A stretch of 64,000 bases of DNA from Octopus vulgaris (Eukaryota), in contig OX597827.1 of NCBI GenBank assembly GCA_951406725.2, positions 70,618,001-70,682,000 on the forward strand, given 5' to 3'. A program made the translations under genes and the position numbers. This document shows positions 12,400 to 25,626 of this stretch, one piece after another; within the stretch, counting starts at the first letter, position 1, and each line of letters opens with the position of its first letter. The notes under the pieces are model-generated. The model was not told the DNA's origin, made no database searches, and worked only from the letters and a program-made list of their open reading frames with translations.

Positions 12400-14686
12400 T
12401 AGAGATCTATTATGTACTTATCCTTACTCTAGAAATGATTAACTGGCCTCATTGCAGAAGAAATATTTAACTTTGTGGAGAAGGAGAATCTATTACCAGT
12501 GGAGGAAAGAAGATGCAGAAAGAAAGAAGTCAAGAGTAACCACTGAGCTGCTGTATATTGACAGCGCTAAACGAGGCTCAAATAAGAAAGAAGAATTTAA
12601 CTGTTGGCTGGATATGAGACCACAAGAGGAACCCTTCCGTAGGCTAAGGGGTGAAATACTTGTGACTCTGAGATACCTGCCGATGATGATACGGAAGGGT
12701 TTCCAGTATTGCAATGGATTCAGAAGAGCTTGTGAAACCTTTGAGTAGATCCTGCAGTTTTTTCTTGGGGCAAAGCATCTTCGATGTTTATTTCATCCAC
12801 CAAGAATTTTATGACAACGTTTGACACTTGTGGTTCTTGGAGTGGCTGAGAACACTTGGATTCAATGAGAAGATTAAACAGCTTTTAGGAAAAGCAACGA
12901 GAGTGTTGGAAGTAGCTCTAACATGCATGGATGAATTATCAGGAAATGTGAAAATATGCAAGGGGGTGGTGAGCTGGCAGAAACGTTAGCATGCCGGACG
13001 AAATACTTAGCGGTATTTTGTCTGCCATTACGTTCTGAGTTCAAATTCCGCCGAGGTCGACTTTGCCTTTCATCCTTTCGGAGTCAATAAATTAAGCACC
13101 AGTTACGCACTGGGGTCGATGTAATCGACTTAATACCTATGTCTGTCCTTGTTTGTCCCCTCTATGTTTAGCCCCTTGTGGGTAATAAAGAAATAGGTAT
13201 TCCAGGGAGGCTCACTCTCTCCATTTCTTTTTGTCATTGTCTTAATTCCTCTGACAAGAATACTGAGGAAACTCTGGCATGCCATGAGTTTACCAAAACC
13301 AAAGTGAAAAATAAATCGTCTGCTTTATATCTTCAAATTATAAATTAAAATTGAAAAAGATCTGGATTCTGTAAACCAGACAGAGAATTCTGAAAGGATA
13401 TTGGTAGGCGGTTTGGGTTAAATAAGTGTGAAGAGAGGTTATGATGGTATAAAATAAACTATGATGGTATAAAATCACCAGACAACAATATTATCAGATG
13501 GCCATGGTATAATGAGGGACACAAATGCCTAGGGATGCTGCAAAATGATTGGATAAAGGAAGGAAAAATGAAAAAGAAAATCCTCAAAGAGTACAAGAGA
13601 AGAATTTGGAAGGAATATTATTAAAGCAATAAATACGTGGGCCATGCCAGTATTAAAGACACTGTTCTTTTTCTAAGGACAGAAACCAAGGTACAGAACT
13701 TAAATAGAAAAAAAACTAGGAAGCTGCTTGCAATGCACAATGCATACCATCCTAAAAGTAATACCAAGCTCTGCCTATCAAGAAAGGAAAAAGGGAGAGG
13801 ATTGCTGAATGTAGAAAACACCATTAGCATTGTGATATTGGGTTTGAAAAACTATGTTGTATGTAGTGAAGGAAGAATACTTTCAGTTGCTAGAAATGTC
13901 CAAAAAAGTTGCTGGAACAGTAGAATTCAAGAACAGCAGGAAGAACAATAGAACAAGTAGTTAGAAAGAGAAGGAATTACAGGATCAATTCATGCAACAA
14001 ACTGGGAAGATTGGAAGTAAAGAATGTTGGTGGATGGAAACCTGAAATGAGAAACTGAAGCATGAATCATAACAACTCAGGTACAAGGCATTAGAACAAA
14101 TTTGATAAAATACTGATAAAACTCAGTCAGAGAGCAAACGCAGAATTTGTGGGAAAAGTGATGAAAGTATTAATCATCTCTTTAGTGAATACAGAAAGCT
14201 AGCACAAAATGAGTATAAAGACAGGTATTATTCCGTAGGTAGAAGACAGCATTGGGTTGTTAGTTGAATGTATGGATTGAAAGTAACAGAAAAGTGGTAT
14301 GACTACAAGCCAGAGACTGTGATAGAGAATAAGAATCACAGGATTTTATGGCATTTGCTCAAAAAACTGAACATGATAAAGCAAGAAGAAATAGTGTAAG
14401 ATCAGGCACTTTGCAATACCATATGATACTAGAGTGGATATCAAAGAAATTGAAAGGAAAATTGAGAAATATCAGGACCTCACCAGAGAGAAGAAGAAAA
14501 CATGGGAGACTAAGACAAAAATTATTCTTAAGAAGGATATTAGAATTTAGACAACTTTTATTGTCAATTTGGGAGAAAAAATGAAAGTTCCATCATTTTT
14601 TATTCTGCAAAAATCTGAAGAAAGATCCTCGAGATTTGGGGAGACTTGTTTTCACCAAACCTCAAGACAACATCCCTACTAACTAT
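12400..14686 (+). pseudogene. Decayed R4/Dong-like retrotransposon ORF (reverse transcriptase, CCHC zinc finger, RLE)
   Basis: Ordered motifs across frameshifts: FQGGSLSPFLFVIVLIPL (13200), DIGRRFGLNKC, KCLGMLQND, IKAINTWAMPV, KTRKLLAMHNAYHPKS..RKEKGRGL, RICGKSDESINHLFSE..KLAQNEYK, KWYDYKPETVIEN, KIEKYQDL; ends at (TAG/TGG)n. Confidence 0.9.
12961..13195 (+). mobile_element. SINE family B (tail type 1) inserted in the RT domain of the R4/Dong-like relic
   Basis: GAGCTGGCAGAAACGTTAGC head to GCCCCTTGTGGGTAATAAAGAAATA tail; splits the RT coding sequence just before FQG. Confidence 0.9.
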
Positions 14687-14705
14687 AGTAGTGGTGGTGG
14701 TGGTG

Positions 14706-14750
<45 letters not shown>

Positions 14751-15589
14751 ACAGTGGGGGTGTAGTAGTGGTGGGGGATGTAAATGTAGTAGTAGCAGTA
14801 ATAGTGGTGGGGGATGTAGTAGTAGTGGTGGTGGTGGTGGATGTAGTAGTAGTAGCAGTTTTTTCTAGCATAGGCTTGGAATTTTGGTGGGGAGGGTGCT
14901 TGTCAGCTGGTACTTTTTTATTGACTCCACCAAAAGATGAATGGCATGTGCAAGCAGAGGGAGTGAAACCAAAACCTGTCTTTTGCAGGTAAACTTGACC
15001 AAACTCAACAACTCGAACTGAAGACAGAAAGGATTAAAACTAAATATTCAAAAATATAAATCTAAAAAATATAAAAGCCATTTAATTCAACACCCAAACA
15101 CTTCTGTGAAATCTGAGATAATTTATGCAGATTTTTGCCAAATCTGGGTTAATTTATGCTGATGAGATGCAGAGAGGGAACAGTTGAGTGAACTCAGTGT
15201 ATAACTGGTATGTATTTCATCAGCATCAGCAAGCTGGGAATTGAAGTGAGGGGGGGGGAGCTCTTAGACTGAAAGGACCCTTAGATGAGTGATTGTCCTG
15301 CTAGGAATAGCAGCCAAATCTCCCTCAAAGTAATGTCCTACTAACTTTTAAAAAAAGGGACACAGTTGATAATGTTGTTAGGTAATGTAGTCCAAGACAG
15401 TCGGATGGTCATGGATGGAATCTCTTTGACCGTAAGTCAGCACAATCATCATGTCTGCTTATAGCTACTGCTACTACTACTACTACTACTACTGTTATTA
15501 TTATTAAATTCTAAGGCGTTGAATATTTCCACTTCTGCTACATTCTATATTGTCACTTTTATACTACTATATAAAGACTGCAGTATATA

Positions 15590-16236
15590 TTTGTACATGT
15601 GAGTGTGCATATGTGTGGGTGTATATGCATACATATAAATGTATATGTATATATATATATATATATGTGTGTGTGTATGTGTGTGTGTGTGTATGTGTAT
15701 GTGTGTGTGTGTGTGTATACATATGTGTGTGTGTATGTGTATACATATGTGTGTGTATGTGTATACATATATGTGTGTGTGTGTATGTATGTATATACAT
15801 ATATGTGTGTGTGTGTATGTATGTATATACATATATATGTGTGTGTGTTTGTATGCATATATATGATATATGTGTGTGTGTATATATATATATATGTGCA
15901 TATATATATGTGTATATATTTATATATGATATATATGTGTGTGTGTATATATATATATATATTCTTACATATACATACATACACACATATGTACATACAT
16001 TCAGCTGGTCAACCTTCCAGCCAGTTGAGCAATTAACTTGCTAGCTGATCAGCTGTCTTGTCAGGCAATGAGATATTTATTTACCTACCTCTCGGCTTGA
16101 CAATACATATGCTTATACCAACTTACCTACTTACCTACCTGTATTTCTGGACCCGCCTATCAACCTTTCTACCTACTAGCACACCTACTTAACTACCTGC
16201 ATATCAACCTACCTATTAACATTCATATGTACCTAC

Positions 16237-16278
<42 letters not shown>

Positions 16279-16770
16279 ATCCTTCTATTTACTTCCTACT
16301 ATATATGTACCTACATACTACCCACTGACCTATCCAGACCTACCACTCTACCTATCTCTCTATAGATACTTACCTACAAATCTATCTACCTCTCCAGCTA
16401 GCTACTTTCCAACCTATTTACCTACTTACCTGCCTATCAGCCAGTGTACTTCCATCCCTACCAACCAACTTAGCTAGCTACCTACCTACCTACCTACCTA
16501 CCTACCTACCTACCAACCAACTTACCTACCTATCTACCTACCTACCTGCCTACCTACCTACCTACTTACCTACCTACCAACTTAGCTACCTACTTACCTA
16601 CCTACCAACTTAGCTACCTACTTACTTCCCTACCTACCTATCTACCTACCTACCTACTTACCTACCTACCTACCTACCTACCTACCTACCTGCCTACCTA
16701 CCCTACCTACTACCCTACCAACCAACTTAGCTACCTACCTACTTCCTTACATACATACATACATACATAT
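15590..16770. repeat. (TG)/(TA), (CA)n, (CCTA)n and (TACA)n microsatellites
   Basis: Direct inspection. Confidence 0.9.
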
Positions 16771-17089
16771 AAAAATATCCTGTTATTGATGTTGAAATTC
16801 CAGTGAAGGAGCCTGGTTCTAGGTTAGAAACCAGTTCTTTCTCTATTGACAAGAAATCTTGTTAAAAAACTGAATACATAAGTACCTCCTACAACCTAAC
16901 ATATCCAGCTACCTATCTACCTATTTTCCAACCTACTTACCTACCTGTCTATTTACCAACTTACCTGTCTACCCACCTATCTTTCATCCTATACATAACA
17001 CATCAACTTTCTCAACTTGTTTTCCCTTAAACCCGGTTACTTTACTCTCCTCCTCCTCCTCTTTATCCCTTCCTCTCTATCTCTCTTTC

Positions 17090-17125
<36 letters not shown>

Positions 17126-17454
17126 TAAACTCTTTTAATGCATCTCTCTCTCTTTCTCTCTCTCTCCTTCCCTCTCTCTCTACCTATCTACCTTATCCAC
17201 GTATCCTGTCTATTTATTTACCCTAACCCTATCCTACTCTTCTACTGCTACTCCCTCCCTCCTCCCCTCCACACATTTGTCTACCTGTCTTCCTCACCCC
17301 CACCTCTCCCCATTTCTTTACCATTTTTCATAAAAATAATTTCTTGGAAACAAGCATCACCACCACCACCACCACTACCCCCTCCCCATTCACACCACTG
17401 GTGTGAAGGGGAGGGGGATCCTCCTACAACCACAATTACCATCAACATAAGTAC

Positions 17455-17910
17455 AAGTGAATTACGAACCCTCTATGTGGTTGCCTCATTCTCAAGAAAT
17501 AATAGCCAAACCCTTTTCAAATGACACCTTACTGCCTTAAAGAAGAAAGGAAGGATATGTTATAAACCCTGGAGTCCTAAATATACAGGAAAAAAAAAGA
17601 CAAAAAAAGAGATCATAGGTAATATACCTTTGGTCATGGGTCTACTTGATCAGAGCTGGCCTAGGGCTAAACACCCACCACTGCCACCACTGCTTAGTTA
17701 TGAGTCTAAGAGCCAACTCAGAGTCATTACATGGTCTATCGATCTGCTAGAAATAGTAACCACACTACACAAGCTTAAAAGATGGAAGGACATATTGAAC
17801 AATAGGATTAAAGATACACTGCATCTAACAAGAATAGATGGAATAGCCATGGAAGGAATACCTTTTGATCATAGGTCTGATCAATTAGGACTGACCAAGG
17901 GCTAAACAGC
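17455..17910 (+). repeat. Two tandem copies of an old interspersed (SINE-like) family D
   Basis: Both end in GATC..GGGCTAAACA; homologous pieces (CTGCTAGAAATAGCAGCCAAAT motif) at ~15290-15450 (+) and ~58620-58800 (-). Confidence 0.55.
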
Positions 17911-18169
17911 GACAGCAATGAATGAGTCCTTGTTTTTAACTCTTACCTTGTTGTCCCACCCCACTCTGTAACCTTTGTTGCCATCCTCGTCCAGTACCTT
18001 CAATTCCACCCCACCTACCCTCTATCAAGCAGCCGACTGAATTGGCAATCGATCAAGCCAGCTAGCTAGCAAGCAAGGAGGCAAGTGTGCAAGCAAGCAA
18101 ACAATGTCACTCTGACCACTTGTTATGTGTAGCAGTTGCCAGCCAGTCCTATGAGATGTCTATGAAATG

Positions 18170-19353
18170 TTACACACACATACACACGGCTATACACACA
18201 CACACACACACACACATACACAGCTACACACATTCATACATACAGAGCAAACACACATACATACATACATACACACATACATACATACACACATACATAC
18301 ATACATACACACATACATACATACATACATACACACATACATACACACACATACATACATACATACATACATACATACACACATACATACATACATACAT
18401 ACATACATACATACATACATACACACATACATACATACACACACATACATACACACATACATACATACATACATACATACACACATACATACATACATAC
18501 ACACATACATACATACATACATACATACATACATACATACATACATACATACATACATACATACATACATACATACATACATACATACATACACACATAC
18601 ATACATATATACATACATACAGACAGACAGATAACACACACATACATAGAAATAACACACATATACTCACCAATACACACACCTGTAGACACAAAAACAC
18701 TGTATACATAAAAACTCAGAAACATAAGCACAACATACATACAATACACACACACACACACACAGAAATACACATATACACCAATACATACACATACACA
18801 CAGCTAAACGTACACACACACACATATATGCCAGTACTAACAGATAGACATACACACACACATACAAAACACACACAGGTATATACACACACATACACAT
18901 ACACACATGTACACAACACGTACATATACACACATACACATGCACACACATACATACATGTACATACATATACACACACATGTACACACGTACACACATA
19001 CATACATACACATACATATACACATACACACACATATACACACATACGCACACATACATACTTATACACACATACAGACACATACATGCATACAGCTACA
19101 CATACATACACACACACATACACACGTACCCACACACACACACACATACTCACACACATACACACACACATACCCACACACATACTCACACACATACACA
19201 CGTATACACACACACACACACACATACTCACACACATACACACACACATACCCACACACATACTCACACACATACACACGTACACACACACACACACACA
19301 CATACTCACACACATACACACACGTCCACACACACACACGTACACACACACAC
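18170..19353. repeat. (TACA)n / (CA)n microsatellite array
   Basis: Direct inspection; source of the 456-aa HTYI pseudo-ORF. Confidence 0.95.
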
Positions 19354-19729
19354 AAGTACCTCCACAGAGTCCAACCAAAAATCAGCTTGCCAAACATTCC
19401 AACAGATTTTCGTTAGTTCAGCTCGAAAAAGAAAAGAAAAGCAACGAAAAGAGGTGAAGGGGAGGAGAAGGAGGAGGAAGAGGAGGAGGAGAAAAAAAAT
19501 CGATATTTAACAGTGATCTGTTCTGTCTTACTACAATCACATTCTACACACACACACATACACACACACATCTCTACCTCTTCATATTCAACTCCTTCTT
19601 CTTATTGCTACTGCTGCTGCTGCTACTACTGCTGCTGCTGCCATTACTTCACATCCCTCTACTCACCCGTCCTCCCCCCCACATTATTTTGCCTATCAAT
19701 GACTGGGTTTTTTTGTTTTGTTTATGTTC

Positions 19730-19896
19730 TTTCTATCTATTTGTCTATTGATCTAGATATCTGTCTGTATGTCTGTCATACACCTTACCTCTAGCTATCT
19801 GTCTATCGATCTATCTAACTATCTGCCTATCTACCTGTTTATCAAGCTAGGTAGCTAGCTAGCGAGCTTAATCTGTCTACCTACTTACCTACTTAC

Positions 19897-19928
<32 letters not shown>

Positions 19929-20001
19929 TCATCTATCTATTCATCTATCAATCTATTTATATCTATTTATCTGTCTATCTATCTACCTATCTATCTATCT
20001 G

Positions 20002-20037
<36 letters not shown>

Positions 20038-20121
20038 GCTATCAATCTATTTATATCTATCTATCTTTCTATCTCTCTCTCTATCTTTCTCTCTATCTAT
20101 TTTTCTATCTCTCTATATATA

Positions 20122-20180
<59 letters not shown>

Positions 20181-20608
20181 GCCTTTCTGTCAATTATTCT
20201 ACACGGCTATCTCTCTAGTTCCTTATATACCTTCATATCTAAACAACATACCTACCTACCTACCAACCTATCTACCTACTTGCCTACCTACCTACTTGCC
20301 TTTCCACCTATCAACCAACTGACCTGCCTGCTTTTCTGTCTAGCTGTGTCCCTATCTATATGTCTACCAACTAACCAACCATCCAATCTATCACTCTCTG
20401 TATCTGTCTATTTATCAGTCAACCTATCTATCAATCTATCAAACTACCTATCTCCGTATCTACTTGACTATCTATCTAATAGCCAGTCAGTCCATCTTAC
20501 TATCTCTGTACCTATCTATCCATCTACCTATCTATCCATCTATCTGTGTATCTCTCTATCCACCTGTCTCTACATATCTATTTAACTATCTATCTATCTA
20601 TCTATCTG

Positions 20609-20671
<63 letters not shown>

Positions 20672-21827
20672 GCCAATCTATCTATCTATCTATCTATCTA
20701 CCTAACCATCTATCTGCCAATCCATTTATATCTATCTACCAATCAATTTATCTATCTATCTATCCATTTATCTACCTATACGTCTCTATCTATCCAACTA
20801 TCTGTCTATACATCTATCTGCCTATCTCTCTCTCTCTCTCTCTCCTCTCTCTCCCTCTCTCTATCTATCTATCTATCTATCTACTTTATCTGTCAATCAG
20901 TTTAGATTTCAGATTCCGTAGTCTATGTCTACCTCAGTCTAACTTCCTTTCTGTGACTCTCCATCAATCTACAGGTCTATCTACCTAGTTATATATTAGT
21001 CTAGTCTCTGTAACAGTCTCCTCCATCACCCCTCTCACTCTCTCCTTGCCTCCTCCTTTCTCTTCTTCTATACCTCTTCCATACACTGGCCATCTTATTC
21101 TCCTCTCTCTCTCTCTCTCCTTCATATTCAGTCTAATTTTTTTATATTTCTTCCTATGTTTTTGTTTATCAATACAGCAACATATTTTTTTTTATATCAT
21201 ACTTATTCCCCACACTGTCTATCTCTATTTCCAATCAATCAGATTTTACACACACACACAAATAGGCAGATACACACACACACAAACACAGACATACTCA
21301 TGCATACGCACCCAAATAAGCACACAGCAAAAACATGTGAACATATACACACACATACATGCTCATACATACACATATAGATACATGCACACACATACAC
21401 AAACATGCATGCATGCACCCATACACAGACCTGCACTCACAGATACATGCAAACACACACACACACACACAAACATGCTCACACTTTCTCTCATGCACCA
21501 AACACACATGTTCTCTCACACACACACAAACACATACACACACAGATGCACATACAAACATATGCTCTCCCCATCTCTCTTTCCCTTTCTCTCTCTCTTT
21601 CTCCCTCTTTTTCCCTCTCTTTCTTTTTCTCTCTCTTTTTCTCTCTCTCTTTCTCTCCCCCTTTCTCTCTCACTTTCTCTTTCTCTCCCCCTTTCTCTCT
21701 CACTCTTCCTTTCTCTTATTCTCTTCCTTCTTTCTCTCTGTTTCTCTCTCTCTTTCTCTCTCCCACTCTATCTTTCTCTCCCACTCTCTTTCTCTATCTC
21801 TTTCTATCCCTCTCTCTCTTTCTTGTT

Positions 21828-21877
<50 letters not shown>

Positions 21878-21880
21878 AAC
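19730..21880. repeat. (CTAT)n, (CT)n and (CA)n low-complexity region
   Basis: Direct inspection. Confidence 0.9.
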
Positions 21881-21889
21881 ACAAGAATA

Positions 21890-22062
21890 ATGATATTGAT
21901 TTCAAGGCCAGCAATTTCAGGGAGAGGACCAGTCAGTTACATCGACCCTAGTGTTTAACTGGTACTTATTTTATTGACCTCAAAAAGGATGAAAGACAAA
22001 GCCAACCACAGCAGAATTTGAACTCAGAACATAAAGACAACCAAAATACCACCAAGCATTTT
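21890..22062 (-). mobile_element. SINE family B, diverged, head incomplete
   Basis: ACATCGACCC..ACTGGTACTTATTTTATTGACC..GGATGAAAG..AATTTGAACTCAGAAC. Confidence 0.75.
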
Positions 22063-22491
22063 TTTTCCCCAAACGCTCTCTCTCTTCCCCCTTTCTCTTT
22101 CACTTTCCCCTGTTTCTTTCTCTCTCTCATTCTCTTTCTCCCACTCTCTCTCCCTCTAACAATTTTCCCAGCTCACTGCCATCACCAGAGAAATATCAAC
22201 TGACCCTAAGAGGCAATGATAATAATCTTCTACTATAATAATACTTCTGTGTCTTTCTCTGTCACAACATATGAATGAGAAAGAAGGGGGTGATAGATGA
22301 ATGAGGAAGGAAGGTGTGATGGCAAACTAGAAGTGGGATGGTGAACAGTCAGTTTGCTGAAAAGAAAAAAACAAACAGCGTTTCAACTCTGTGTATGTAA
22401 AAGGGAAATATGTGAACGTGTGTGTGTGCAATGGAAGTGGGATGGTGAATGTTCAACACTGAACAGAAAATTCAAACAGCGTTTCAACTCT

Positions 22492-22642
22492 GTGTGAGTG
22501 TATGTGTGTATGTATATAAGAGAAGTATGTGAATGTGTGTCTGTGAGTGTATGTGTGTATGTATATAAGAGAAGTATGTGAATGTGTGTCTGTGAGTGTA
22601 TGTGTGTATGTATATAAGAGAAGTATGTGAATGTGTGTCTGT
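22492..22642. repeat. 49-bp tandem repeat, about 3 copies
   Basis: GTGAGTGTATGTGTGTATGTATATAAGAGAAGTATGTGAATGTGTGTCT recurs with period 49. Confidence 0.9.
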
Positions 22643-22979
22643 GATTATTATGTACCTTATTTATAAATAATATAATACAATTAACTGTCATTTTTGACAG
22701 CACAGGGCCAGCTAGAAGGGTGGCAGATGAAATGTGGGACATCACATGGACAGGTTACAACAAGTGCAATGGTTTGTATTGGAATCAAATGTCAGGAAAA
22801 AGAATGGTGCTCCATTCTCTATTGCAATAGTACATGATTTTGGTCTATTTATTGATAAGTGCCTCAAAGCCTAGAGCTTCTAGAAACAAATGGAAGTCAT
22901 ATTCTTATTCAGTGTCATGAATATACCAAGAATTGGTTCTAAAATCAAAGGAACCAAAAAGCCTTTATAATTTGTTCCC

Positions 22980-23140
22980 TAGGAATGGCTGTGTGGTAAG
23001 TAGCTTGCTTACCAACCACATGGTTCCTGGTTCATTCCCACTGCGTGGCACCTTGGGCAAGTGTCTTCGACTATAGCCTCGGGCTGACCAAAGCCTTGTG
23101 AGTGAATTTGGTAGACGGAAACTGAAAGAAGATCATTGTA

Positions 23141-23215
<75 letters not shown>

Positions 23216-23725
23216 TACTAATCATATCTATCGGGCATGTGGAAGAGAGTGTAATTTGGCAGGAGGACTTAAACAACATGCAAAGGTACATGAAGCCCAG
23301 TTACAACTACAGCCGGCTATTACCAGTAAAGGTTTTAGTTGTCAATTTTGTACAAGATATTGTAGATCTTTAACTGGGCTAAAAAGTCACATTCGATCAC
23401 AGCACCAATAACAGTTAAGCTTCGTTCAATGGCCATACTCGATAACGAGGGGGCAGCCATAATAATATGTATATATAATATATATGTTTGTGTGTGTGCA
23501 TGTGTGTACATGTTTGTGTGTCTGTGTTTGTCCCCCAACATCGCCTGACAACTGACGCTGGTGTATTTACGTCCCTGTAACTTAGCGGTTCAGCAAACGA
23601 GTACCGATAGAACAAGTACTAGGCTTACAAAGAATAAGTCCTGGGATCGATTTGCTCGACTAAAGGCGGTGCTCCAGCATGGCCGCAGTCAACTGGCTGA
23701 AACAAGTAAAAGAGTAAAAGAGAAT
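22980..23725 (+). mobile_element. SINE family A interrupted by an RTE fragment
   Basis: Head at 22980 and tail at 23725; the internal (TA)n is split by 23215-23466. Confidence 0.9.
23215..23466 (+). mobile_element. RTE-clade LINE 3' end (C-terminal C2H2-like fingers and short tail)
   Basis: CQFCTRYCRSLTGLKSHIRSQH* resembles the CxxCxRxCxSxxGLxSHxRxH end of RTE ORFs; 3' hairpin CTCGATAACGAG then GCCATAATAATA. Confidence 0.7.
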
Positions 23726-23800
23726 ACAAATTAAAATCCAGAAAGTTTGAAATGTTTTGGAAGAATAACATATAATAACCTAACGATATGTCTTTTTTAC

Positions 23801-23884
23801 TCCTCTGACGAGATTTTACCCAATAAAATGCTTTAATTACTGGAATTTAATTCTTTAGAGCAAAATCGAAACAGCTGTAAGTGC
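23801..23884 (+). ncRNA. Type I hammerhead ribozyme motif (Penelope-like element associated)
   Basis: CTGACGA core (23805-23811), stem II GATTTT/AAAATC, GAAA, palindromic stem III ACAGCTGT, GTA triplet; weak stem I. Confidence 0.6.
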
Positions 23885-24406
23885 ACATGTTGAATTTTCC
23901 ATTTTCTAGATTTTAATTTGAGTATTTCTAAACCAAGACTTATATTCAAACTTATTATTTTAGAAATATTACTTTTCACAACAAATTAATAGGTAACAAA
24001 CCAGTAATTCATTGAATATTTACTATCCCTTAAGGTGGTTATTTAAACCTCTATTTAAATTATATATATATATATATATATATGCCTGTTGTTATTATTA
24101 TTGTTTTTTGTATTAATTTTGTAGTTATATTTGTGTATACATTCGATCCTTTTTCCAAGGAATCTAATGCTCTTAGCTTAGTTTTTCCTTGGGTCTGGTC
24201 AGATGGGAGCAATCTCAAGATTAATCAGCCAAAATTGCAAGGATGATCCGGTTCTTGACTGAAGATTAAAGGCTTCAAATGACCCGCCTGTGTTTTTTGT
24301 ATCGTCTATCTGGATGTTTTGCATTCTTGTCCCATTTTGTTGATTCATTAGCTCCTGCATGCATTTTTTTCTCTCCTTGTTTCTCTCCGTGTTTCTTTTC
24401 TGTTTA

Positions 24407-24444
24407 TCTTTCTGTTGAAGAGCGTAGGCTCGAAACGTAAAAGA
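24407..24444 (+). ncRNA. Minimal hammerhead-like motif in a pLTR-type repeat
   Basis: TCTTT-CTGTTGA-A-GAGC-GTAG-GCTC-GAAACGTA-AAAGA. Confidence 0.55.
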
Positions 24445-24540
24445 CTTGTTTTATTTCTATTCCTGAGCGCCATACTAATACAATTGTTTGTTTGTACTCC
24501 ACCTGCCTTTGTCTTTTGTTTATTTTCGTAAACCTTCCTG

Positions 24541-24586
<46 letters not shown>

Positions 24587-24759
24587 ATGTTAGTGTTTGT
24601 CTGCCACTACTGCTTGACAACCAATGCTGGTTTGTTTATGTCCTTATAATTTGGTAGTTCAGTGAAAGAGGCTGATAGAATAAGTACCAGTTGTAGAAAT
24701 AAGTTGCGGGTTCAATTTGTCTGAATAAATCCCTTCAAGAGAAATATGCAGGATAGCAA

Positions 24760-25579
24760 GGGTGTGTGTGGGTGAGCCTGGAAAAAGGAAAGTGTATATA
24801 GTTAAGAAGGAGAAGGAGGATGTTTATGCAAAAGAGAAGGATTTGTGTGTGTTTGTGAGAGAGAGACAGACAGACAGTGTACCTGTAAGAGAGAGAGAGA
24901 GAGACAGACAGACAGCTAGATGGTGTACCTGTTTGAGAGAGAGAGTATGTGTGTGCATATGAGAGACAAAGAGAAAATACATGTGAGAGAGAGAGAAAGA
25001 GTGAGAGCGAGAGAGTGGGGGAGAGAGAGAAAGAGTGAGAGCAAGAGAGTGAGGGAGAGAGAGAAAGAGAATGAGGGAGAGAGAAAGAGTGAGAGCAAGA
25101 GAGTGAGGGAGAGAGAGAAAGAGTGAGAGCAAGAGAGTGAGGGAGAGAGAGAAAGAGTGAGAGAGACAAAGAATACATATGAGGAAGAGTGTGTGCATAT
25201 GAGAGAGAGAAAGCAAGAGCAAGAGAGAGAGAAAGCAAGAGTGAGAGAGAGAGAGAAAACGAGAACAAGAGAGAGAAAGAAAGAGTGTGCATGCATGTGT
25301 GTGTGTGTGTGTTCTTCTCTAAAGACACCTGTTGACAGAAATGCAGAGAACATGTTTTTCTTATCGTCTCCTGTTCAAGACAAATAACATTTTTTTCCCT
25401 CATGAAAAATTAATTTTTTTTTAAAAAGATAAAATATAAATGCAGCCTAGAATTGATGGGAGAGAGCATAATTGATGAGCCAGTAGTCCAATGTGTGTGG
25501 GTGGGCATGCGTGTGTGGGTGTGTGTATGTTTATATGTATATACATGTGTGTGTGTGTATATATGTATACATGAGTACG

Positions 25580-25626
<47 letters not shown>

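Noticed and set aside
18087-19457. 456-aa ORF and the many similar HT/YI/CV/LS-rich ORFs across the window
   Set aside because: Translations of (TACA)n, (CA)n, (TA)n, (CTAT)n and (CT)n microsatellites, open in several frames on both strands
23215-23411. C2H2 zinc-finger host gene exon
   Set aside because: Lies inside a SINE microsatellite, has an RTE-type end and tail, and lacks TGEKP linkers and splice sites
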